Assembly: GCA_964199315.1 (NCBI GenBank) | Contig: OZ116698.1 | Span: forward strand, 23,002,001 to 23,066,000 | From: Orbicella franksi | Lineage: Eukaryota | Reading direction: 5' to 3' | Length of the DNA stretch: 64,000 bases | Shown: positions 38,065 to 48,451 of the stretch, in pieces | Position numbering within the stretch: the stretch's first letter is position 1 | Layout: each line of letters opens with the position of its first letter | Made by a program: the position numbers and the translations under genes | Notes under the pieces: generated by a model | What the model was told of the DNA's origin: nothing | Databases searched by the model: none | What the model saw: only the letters and a program-made list of their open reading frames with translations

Positions 38065-38263
38065 TACCCTGCTAGCAGAGGTTTCTTTCAGGCAAGTCTT
38101 TTAGCATGTTACGGAGTTGTTCACATCTCTTGTATTTTGCATAGTCGGGTTGTTTACTTTCTCTCAGGGAAGTAAACAACCCGACTATGCAAAATACAAA
38201 AGAAGCGAACAACTTCGTACATGCTAAAAGACTTGCCAGAAAGAAATCTCTGCTAGCAGGGTA
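38065..38263. mobile_element. Fold-back (fully palindromic) MITE
   Basis: About 95-bp imperfect inverted arms (TACCCTGCTAGCAGAG...TAGTCGGGTTGTTTACTT / AAGTAAACAACCCGACTA...CTCTGCTAGCAGGGTA) around a short loop, with TA at both ends. Confidence 0.85.
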
Positions 38264-38817
38264 TACATTACGTTACACCGAGGTAACCTTTATTTTTAAA
38301 TAAATTCTCTTAAAAATATAGATGACATAAATTGACTTAAAATAAGTTAACTTAAAATAAGCCCAAACAGATACAGTACATATTTCTGATTGATCTTTGC
38401 AAAGTATGGTGAATATTAAATGGTTAACTCAGTGCAGTTAATGTACAAACAGAAAAGTTTTGATTTAAAGCAGAAATGTAACATGCAGCTGTAAACCCTG
38501 AAAAGAACCACCTTGACCAAGCTGTTTGTATTTAGTCATTAAGTAGTTCCAAGTGGCCTCTTGCTGAAACCTGACCCATGTGAACAGCTTGCAGATTTGA
38601 CTTTTCCACTGATTTTGAATCTACAGTCTAACAGACACCTATCATGTCACCATACATGTATCTTCATCCAGAGTAAAAAGTATCTATAATATGACATAAA
38701 AGCACTGTTTTGTATGCAAATAATAAATGACAAGCAATAAACTAATCATACTTACAAATCAACAATAAATTAATAATTGCTAATCTAATGTATGAATTTA
38801 AAATAAGTTATTTTTTT

Positions 38818-40544
38818 TTACTCTGAATATGATGAGTCACTAGATGATGGTGATAATGTATCATCTGACTCAGGTTTACAAAGTTCTGCAATCTTTTCTC
38901 TTGACTTAGCTTGAGCTAGTTTTCTAGGACTTTTCCTGATAATGGAGAAAAAAAAATCAGTATCATTTGCACTGAAAAGATGCTCTTTTGAGTGTTAAAG
39001 TAAAAAACAAAACCAATGGCTTAATTAAATATGCTTTGCCAATCTTATTAAATGGATTCAATAAGATCCCCATTTTTATCTCCCTATGTATCAAAACATC
39101 TATATTTTTTCAGACAGATCAGCCCACTTGGCACATTTAAATCCTTGAAAGTAGGCAATGTCCAAAAAATGACTGCTTAATCCAAAAGTTATGAAGGTTG
39201 AAATATTCTTTTTAGCCTGTCGGTGTGCAGCAGTCGTTTTCTTCCCAAGAGCATGAGAAATAAACCAGAGGTACACAAAACCTTGGAAATAAAAGTTGTC
39301 AAGTTTGCACCCTACAACTTGGCGTACCTCCCAAGCTTTTTGTTCATCTCTTGTGCACTTGAGAAGGAAATGACCGTTATGCAGGCTAGTTACTTAATAA
39401 ATATGGAACTTTACAAAATACAAGTTACAAGTATACATTCAATTGCATTCTTAAACTCCATACATGGACAAAGCACAGAGTGCAGGTATAATGCAACACT
39501 TACATTTACTAGTCCTTTAATTTATGTCTTGAATGTACACCTACCTTGTGCGCCATCTTAAAACATCTCCACTTGAAGATGACTCATCTGAACTGCTTTC
39601 AATGCCGTCTGAGCTGTCCGACAGTTCACTTGTCGGTACTGGTGAATCACTCTCCCTGTGTGATGTCGATGATAATAATGATGATGATGTGTACCCAGAT
39701 GCCATGCCTGATTCTGATTTAGAATCAGATGAGCTGTCCTGATCCTCACTCTCAACTTCAGACAGAGTAGAAGAGTCATGTGATTCTTCAGTAACTACCA
39801 CACTCTTCTTTGCAGTTCTATGGAAAGGAATAAAAGAAACAGCAGTCACAAGTGCTTACTTCAGAAAACACTTTTCAACATAAACTAAAAATTATACAGA
39901 GAGAGTGAACGAATGAAATATAGCAAGCTTAATTCTCTTGACTTTCAAAAAGTACTAAAGCTTATCACCTTTGCTTTGAAGTAGATTGGGCTTCTTTTTC
40001 CTTCCCGCTGGATGCCCATTCTCCTGTCTCACTTTCCTTCTGTGCAGCTCTTGTTCTCTAAATAACAAAGTTTGTGTTATGTCAATGACTCCTCTTTTGA
40101 TTATTACAACTTGTCAAGTTAATGTATAGCAATAGTTTTACCTCACGTTCACTACATAAACTTACTATAAGCAAATTCTGAATTGACAAAACCTGACTGA
40201 CAAATTGTTGTAACGCGTTTTACAGGTAGAACTCAGTAAAAGACAACAATAAATACCTTTGTTTCACTTTCGTCTTCAACTCTATTCACGTCTCCATTGT
40301 CCACTCTAGTTCGTTTTCGTGCAGGTGATTGTCTATTAACTTTTTCAGTGTTCTTAGTGTTTTCCAACTGCAGTTTTGTAATCACCACGGCACAATTGCC
40401 CTTTAGGACGACGCCAGTGGAAGCAGCCTTACTCGAACGAAGGGAAAGAGGTGGTGGTTCGTATGCTGGCTTCTCTGTAGGGTCATCGGGAGTAGTTGTT
40501 TTCCGAGAACGAGTGAAGCGACGACCGTTCGTCCCGGCCGCCAT
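38818..40544 (-). CDS. Uncharacterised low-complexity basic/Ser-Asp-Glu-rich protein; 4 exons (40544-40257, 40057-39969, 39817-39545, 38935-38818), about 255 aa
   Basis: ATG lies in a strong AACATGGCGGC context and GT-AG junctions with matching phases give 768 nt. The protein runs MAAGTNGRRFTRSRK...CAVVITKL...RQSPARKRTR...Ser/acidic tract...WRTRKSPRKLAQAKSREKIAELCK...SYSE*. I recognise no family. The 3' end is uncertain because the stop codon overlaps a possible GA|GTAAAA donor. Confidence 0.75.
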
Positions 40545-41002
40545 GTTGTTGAAATTTTCCCCAGACTGATAGAGTGATGTGTATTGTTAGGGGGAGAGAG
40601 AGATTTCAAATTTTTGCCGGGTTCAATAACAGCGGATTCAATCCGCTTACACTGTCATTTTGATACTACTTTGATAATTTATAAAAAGAGAGCAAATTAC
40701 TACAACCACTAATTTTGATGAAGTTTTCAACCTCGACTCTTAGTTCAAATATTGTCAAGATCAGCTCCCTACCCTGATGAAAAATTTTGAAAAGACGCTC
40801 TAAAACTGTCCGCTGACCAGATACTTCGGCGCAAATGTTTTCACGAAATTTCAGGTTCGTTCGCAGTGGACTTCTTCTGAAATGTTTTTCTTTGGAAATA
40901 ATTTTTTTACGACAATCACGTGAAATTTCTGGGTCTAAATGTAACCGCCTACGTTGTGCACAAAATTTAAACGTTGTTAGTCTTAGAACTAGCACAAGAA
41001 AC
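40545..41002. promoter_or_regulatory. Bidirectional promoter between the uncharacterised gene and the C15orf40-like gene
   Basis: The divergent ATGs are 458 bp apart in a locally CpG-rich stretch. On the minus strand, CCCGGC-AAAAA-TTTGAA (40605-40621) resembles a CDE/CHR pair. Confidence 0.65.
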
Positions 41003-42446
41003 ATGCCAAAGAAAGCAAAAGTCGCCCGAGGTACACAACAATCTCACGATCCAGATCCACTGAAACAAGGGGGAGAAGAAGGCACTAAAGCAGCAATTTC
41101 CTTGAACAAAGACGGCCAAATCTACGTAAAATTTGTGGCAAAACCTGGCGCAAAGCAAAGCAATATCACAGGTAAGGCTCGGACAAGGGCCCCCCGTCTC
41201 CCAACGTCTGAGTACAGTCGACTTGTTTTTGCTTCTTATGTTCTTACACTTGAGTATTTTTATTTTTATGTCGGGCCACTTAACCCAGTTAGTTACCAAA
41301 ACAATGAACTACAAAATTAAAGCAGGTAGTAAGCAAATTCACTTCTCATTTAATATTGTGGAAGATCCACTACGGGGGAAGGGGGGGGGGGGGAATCTCC
41401 ACCAAACTAATCTTTTACAAGATCGTATAACATTTTGCTGACCCCTTTCTGGTCTGGGGGAAGATACCCGGAGATGATGCAGTTGTTTACTGAGGCCCTG
41501 CTAGTGATGAGGCTGTTGAAGTTTCTTGTTACAACAATATACAGTAGGAGGGCGTGATTGCTGATTACTTGCACCTATACACTTTAAATTTATGGCTTAA
41601 AAATGACTTGTATAATAAGAAAATGATTAGAATTTAATGTTGTTACCGAGGGTCAGTTACACAGAGGATATTAGTAATTATAATCCATCAAACATTTTCG
41701 TTAGCGTGCAATTGGACTAAACGCGTCACATGACCAAATATTCCTCAGCAAAAACTGGGGAATATCTGTGGGTTGCGCTCTTTGCGAAAAATGTTTGAAG
41801 GATAATAAACACAACAGCCTCCATTTGACTTTGAAAATATACTCAGATATTTGTCCTTGGACATTATCTGTTACTCGAAGCTCACAGTTTTCCTCAAGCT
41901 TCACTCTTTGAAAACTGTTCGCTTCTCGGAACAGATAATGTCCACAGACAAATATCTAAGCATATTTTCACACCAAATGGAGGCTATTGTTTGTTTACAT
42001 GGCCATGCAGAGATACAAAATTTCTCAGTGAGTGTTGAAAGCAAGTGAGAAAAGAAATTCTTATCTCCAAGCGGCCATTTAAGGTTCTATTCATTACATA
42101 AACACCAATGAAATACCCAAATCGTTCCCTTTCACTGCAAAAGGCATGATTTATTATGTAACCAAGGCACCAGTGATATTTTCACCTGTGCGGAATATAT
42201 ATTTTTTGTTATTTGACAGATATTTCTGCCGATGGTGTTGGAGTACAGATAGCAGCCCCAGCAAGGGAAGGTGAGGCCAATGAGGAACTGGTGCATTTCT
42301 TAGCAGATATCCTCAACGTGAAGAAAAGAAGCATCTCCCTGGACAAGGGAAAAAAGTCAAGACAGAAGATGGTGACAATTGACTCTACTGAAACCAGTGT
42401 GGACCAAGTCAGGGAAAGACTTTCAAGAGAGGCATCACATGAGTAA
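41003..42446 (+). CDS. C15orf40: UPF0235 / DUF167 (YggU-like) protein, C15orf40 homologue; 2 exons (41003-41171, 42220-42446), 131 aa
   Basis: The joined protein contains [69 protein letters not shown], the typical DUF167 signature. Donor G|GTAAGG, acceptor TTTGACAG|AT, 396 nt in frame. Confidence 0.92.
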
Positions 42447-43070
42447 TAAAACAACAGTAAAACAATCCCACCTGTGGTGTAGTTCAAAACCAACTACAAG
42501 CTGCTGTTATAGTATCTGCTAGTTTGACAGAATACAGTCACCAACGGTCCTAGAAAGGGAGTCCTTTGGATAGGATATAATGGCATAAGGGCTTGATGTT
42601 TCTTTTGTGATGCCTATAATTCAGTTACCAAGTTGTTCACACTGCACCTAAAAGTGCGGTATGGACAGCCTGTGAACAGAATTACGTGTAACTCCAAATA
42701 CTGCAGGGAGGTTTCAGTGACAGTGAGTGAGTGGATTGGCACACAGTAAGAACAAAAACAACCCTTGGTATTGTGAACAGGTGGTTGTTATAGGGAGCTG
42801 GATGTTAGTGGACACTTGACTATAGGCAAAGCTATGAAAAAAATCAAAGCTAGGACCAAAGGCATCAATAATTATACATGTACAGCTGTAAGTGGAATTT
42901 GCTGCATTTAAATTAGTTAAATAAATGGTACATAAATGAAAGTAAAAACTGGTGAAAACTCTGATCCTATGCATGACTAGTTTTCTACGCAGCCATTACT
43001 GTATGTGGGTTGCAACCAACATGCTTAGAGAGATGCCTTCTATGACATCCTAAATAATGACTGTAAAATG

Positions 43071-43361
43071 TAAAGTCTGTATACGAGCCAAGTGGCCATC
43101 AGGCCAGAGCTTATTCCAGTTTCTGTAGCATGAAGAGCCTAGGAGTTTTTCTACTCCCCCCTGGATGGGATGCTAGTCCATCGCAGGGTTACCCCCAGCA
43201 TTAAATTCGCCAGCACCCATTTATACACCTGGGTGGAGAGAGGCACCCTGAAAGTAAAGTGTCTTGCCCAAGAACACAACATAATGTACCTGGCAAGGGC
43301 TCGAACACGGAACACCCGCTTTGGAGCCGAGTGCACTAACCATGAGGCCACTGCGCCTCCC
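43071..43361 (-). mobile_element. tRNA-derived SINE, same family
   Basis: The reverse complement reads GGCGCAGTGGCCTCATGGTTAGTGCACTCGGC...GTTCGAGCCC...GGCAAGACAC...CTCTCCACCCAGGTGTATAAATGGG...GATGGACTAGCATCCCATCCAGG, matching the 35561 copy. Confidence 0.8.
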
Positions 43362-44701
43362 ACAAATAATGACTATGAAGGACACTAATTCATGTATGGC
43401 ATATCTCCATGGTGGTACTCCCAACCATATAAACAAAATAACAACAAATTGTCACTACAAATTGTTTTTAATTATTCTAAGATCCTATTTTATATTTATT
43501 CATGTTCCACACATGACATAATAATCCACCCCCAAAAAATTTACAAATTAGTTGGAAACATTTAATTTTACAAAAAATACCTATCCTTACAAAAATAGTT
43601 TTCACCATTATTAAAACTACCAAAGTTGACATTGAGATTCTTAAACTCTAAATGAACTCTACTGCAAAACAAGCCACCATTGAGTGAAATTTTTTTTGTT
43701 AAAAAAGGGAACATCAGCTGCTGAAATAATCATGAATGCATTCAGTACAAAAGCTACAATCTTAAAAAATAAACTTTTTTGCCTTGCACAATAAAGGCTA
43801 CGCTTAAATTCTCTTAAAGTGTTAGTTTGCATACAAAAGAGATACACTGTAGTTAGCACAATCTTGGTTTACTTTTTTGCATGGAATGTGAAAATTGAAT
43901 GCAGCTCTAGGAGCTTTTCTGTATGTATTTTAAGAAAACATTCAAGCAGTTAAACCTTTCGCACCAACATGGCATTTCTATGCAAAGCAGTATTTACACT
44001 AAACATTCAATCCTACTTCACTGCTGCCAGCACAAACTAAAAACAAACATATGGATTGTACACTTGTAAGTGTTGCGAAAATCTCAAGATAAAATAATTC
44101 TTGTCACACTCTCAATTTAAAATTGACGTATGGAAACTGAAAACCCTTCTTGAGCTATGGGGGTAACAAAACTACCTGTTGAACTAGTACATTGTAGAAA
44201 TATAATATTGCTACATTGACAAGGAAGTCAAACTTCCACAAGAAACCTTATCTTCAAAATCAATAATATAGGTGTTAATAAATCACGAAACAAGTATTTT
44301 CCAGCTGTAAAACAACAGGTTGAAAAATAGTGGCAGAATCCCTGATGTATCCTGGCTTGTAATAACTCATTGCCTGCAAATCAAGAAGACAGAAATCTTA
44401 GGTTACATACATGTAAACTGCTAACCAAAAAAAGCCCCAATGTTCTATTGATGTGGTGTTGGCATCAGAAATCTTTCTCTTCATACTGCAAAATATTTAG
44501 CAACCCAAAATATTTCATAGTGAAAGTGAAGAACACTGTATAGAGATATTAGAAATAAGTTGTCGGGACTCGTGACCATTATTTAAACCAGACAACAGCC
44601 AATCAAGTACAATGTAATGCTGCAGCCTTATCAGTTTCCTTTCAGCTCTGTTTGAAAATGAGGCCTGGTGCAAAACCTTTCTAATTAAAATAAAATGACT
44701 G

Positions 44702-47700
44702 TTACCTTTTTGTTATGTAATGCTCCATGCCTCTGCCCATGTGTTGGTGTTGACTAGATTGCATCATGGATGCTGCTGCAAGAGACAACAAACCAAGCAA
44801 ATGAATATCTATTACTACAAAAAAATTCCTCTGCTCAATGTGCAACATAATCTTCAATCTCCAATCATTTTTTGTTCTTCAATAACATTACTTTACTGTA
44901 TGACCATCAGCCAGGCCAGGGATCTATTTTGAGTCCATCACAAAGATTCTGAAACTTGTCTTTGGCAATACAAAGTGGAGATACAAATATGAATAGATTA
45001 TTTATATGTAACTTACAATGATATTAATCATATACATGTACACATGTAGTACAAGGTCCATATCCCAGAAATTGTGATTTTAAAAGACTGCAAGTTTGAT
45101 GAACTCACCATAGGCAGGATCCAACTGTCCAATTAGACCAGGAGCAACATAATAACCCATGCGCAGGGCTTGACTAGGGTCACTGTATTCTGCAGCAAAT
45201 CTCTGTCTTCTAATAATTTCCTCCTCATTAAGAACATCCATGTGGCCTGCCATTCTACTGATTGCAAGATTGTTGGAGATGATACTTGGATGAGCACGTA
45301 GAGAGTTGTCCTCCCCTTTAAAATCAGACACTCTTGAGCTAGACTTGGGAGAAACATTTTGTTCGTTGGCAGTACTGCGATTCCTGGCCCTTTCTTCCTG
45401 GTACATACCTGGTGAATGTCGAGTTTCTTTCTCAGTACTGTCTTTGAGTCTTTGTAGCCTTTCATGGGATTCAGAGGTTGACGTTCGAGATTGCGAGTTT
45501 GAATGGGATGTAGGTGTTGAGGTTCGGTCCCTCTCTGCACTTCTATAGGGACTTCTTGCTTCTCTCTCCCGACTAGCAGAAGCAATTGATGTTACGAGAC
45601 TAGATTCTCCGTGGCTGGTTATTGGCATGCTCATGACCAGTCCAGGAGGAAGGGAGAACTGTGCACCCATACAGGGGAGTTGCCCTAAGAACCATGCAGT
45701 GAAAAAAAAATTGGTAACGAAACTAAAACTAAGAAGAAAACAGAGAAATAAAATTGTAAAAATCTATGCTCATTAAGATTGGATATCCCAACACCATCAC
45801 AGTCATGATTTCCTTTGTTTAAATATGATGAATTATTAATGAGTTTGAAAAGTGAACAGGAAATGAGAGGTAGCATGGATATCAAGATTAGCAAAATGTG
45901 ATGTAACCAATACAAATTCAAATCAAATCTGTCATCATTTTAAGAAATTCTTTTAGATTTATTAAACATTTTCACACTTATCATTTTCATACGTAGTTTT
46001 CTTATTTTTTACAGTAACTATACTGCAACCCTTTCCCTTTGATACACTACAAAACTACTTAAGGTAATCATAAACCTTTTTAACATCAATACAGTACCCT
46101 TCAAACACACCTGTAGACTGATCAAAGTTGAGCTGTGACAGATATGCCTGAAACTGATTTGCAGGCATGAAGTTGGCAGGAAGTGAGTTTGAGCCATCTC
46201 TCTTTTCATCTGAAGCAGATGCATTTTCTTTGTATCTTGATGTGGGTACAGGTGACCTTGATGGTCTTGGAGATCTTGGTGCCAAAAGAGATTGAGATTT
46301 ACCAACATGACCACGGGGAGATGTTTGGGAATTTTCTGCCTCCAAGGGATGGTGCGCTGCCTTTGCAGTGCTTGTTGCTGACTCCTGAAGTTTCAACAAA
46401 CAAGGAAAGTATTAATTGATTAAAATATCTGAGTCCTTGTGTTGCCACAAAACCAGTCCCACTGGGAAAAACAAGTGCAACCTTCTGTTGACAAACTCCT
46501 CATAAAAGTTTCTGATTTTTAGTGTCCAGCTAAAGAATACGTAATAATTTAGGAACATGAGATATGGAAAAGTTGTTGTGCAATCATGACATAATTAGCT
46601 GCTAAGCAAACTATATATTAGAGACAACCAGTCTGGTCTTGGAGCATGGATACCTCCATCACAAAGTAGTTCTGAGAACAATCAAATAATGAAATACATG
46701 TAAGCACAACAATCAGTAAAGATCAAGTTCAACAAACCTGAGGACGGTGATAAATCAAATCCCTTGCACCTCCAGCCACATTTTCTACTCTATCCTCTTC
46801 TCTTGTGCTTCCATGTCTCTCTGATTTTTCAGGGGTTGCCTGACGTTTGCGAGGAAAGGTGCCACCCAGCTGTTTGTTTTGTAGCTCATTCTCTAATTGC
46901 CTTAGGAAAGGGAGCAGGAAGCACAGGACTTAAATTATCAGTTGGAGTACAAAACAAGTGGTGTATGCTGGAACATTAACATGCATCCTACTTGTACACT
47001 GTTCATGTGTAGCATTTTTTCATTTCTTTCATTTCTGAGAGAATTGATCACAGGTAACTGAAGCTAAGCTAAGCTAAATGTGAATTGAATTACATCTAAG
47101 AAGAAATTGCCTTACTTATACATAGATATCTGTAGCACGTGTTTCTGTTTCTGAAGGAGTTGCTCTTCTTGCTTGTACTTTAGACGCTCCATCTCCTTCT
47201 CCCGCTCATATGAATCATCAGCTCTGCTTTTCTTTTCAGGAGGTTCTTCCGATGAAAGTTTGTGCTGTACTACTTTAGGTGGCGACCCTCTTGATGTATA
47301 CTGTAAACTCTCACTCTGACTGGGAAATCGACGGAAATCGCTATCATCCTGGTGCGCCCTCCTTTGAGGGGATTTCTTAATGCCTGACTCATCCATTCTT
47401 CTGTCTTCCTGCACTCGGTCACTTGGTTTTGGAGTCTCCTTTTTCTCAAGATTTCTTGCTTCCTGGTGGCTTGAACTGCTACTGCGCACTCCCTAGGAAG
47501 AATAACACATGTCTCCAGTGTGTGTGGACAAGCACGCTTTAATTTTATACTACATAAAGCAGATTTCATCCAGAAGTAAAAGCCAAAACCATTGCATAAC
47601 ACTTGCTTTGAGCAAATTGCACTACAATGCAAACCCTGATATAATTTGAGGGGGAATGGTACTCAGTTAACCTAAAATGGCTTTACTTCCTGTAAACACT

Positions 47701-48410
47701 CTGGCCCAGGTTGTTCAAAAGGTGGATAACACTACGCAGCGGATAAATCACTATCCAATGCATAAAGTGGTTTGTTTTGTTACTCTAACACTTACCCACT
47801 GGATAACGATTTATCCAGTGGATAGGGTTATCCAACCTTCGAAAAACCAGGGCCTGGTTGTTTTCTGCAGCACTGGTGCTAGCCATAAGCATTGATTACC
47901 AAAACTCAGAAGGATATACCTTCCTGCTTAACTTATTTATTTCGGGTGCAGTAATGAGGAACAACATTGAGGCAAGTGTCACATACTACCAACAACTTAA
48001 TGACACATTACAGATATCTTATCAACACATCACCAACCGATAGCCGACTATCAGCTGACTGCTGGTCTGTCGGCCATCTGCCGGACAGTTGGCCGATAGA
48101 CAACCAACAGATGGCCGACACAATTAATGACATTTGTAGCTTAGTTATTAGTTCCCTAAGCTTCTTTTGCTAACCCATGTCCATCTTCTCTCCTCCTGTA
48201 GGCATGAGAACCATTGTCCCAGTTAAATATAAAAGGTGGGTGTAAAAATTGTTGCTCAGGGACAATACATGTGGCCCTCATCAATCATCAGAATATTCCA
48301 ACAGTTTTTGGGTCTTTGATCTGAGATCTACTACAGGTACTTACATGTACCTAGAACACAAGATGCATGTAACCCTGTTTTCAGATATGGAACTTTAGTT
48401 AGAGACTTGA

Positions 48411-48451
<41 letters not shown>

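Noticed and set aside
38818-40544. Assigning the orphan gene to sororin (CDCA5) or CCDC82
   Set aside because: The resemblances are only superficial (GRRFTRS start; KLAQAKSREK). I found no FGF motifs, sororin C-terminal domain or DUF4211 exons.
40835-41320. 161-aa ORF as the full C15orf40-like protein
   Set aside because: It reads through from the promoter and into the intron. The real exon is 41003-41171, ending at G|GTAAGG.
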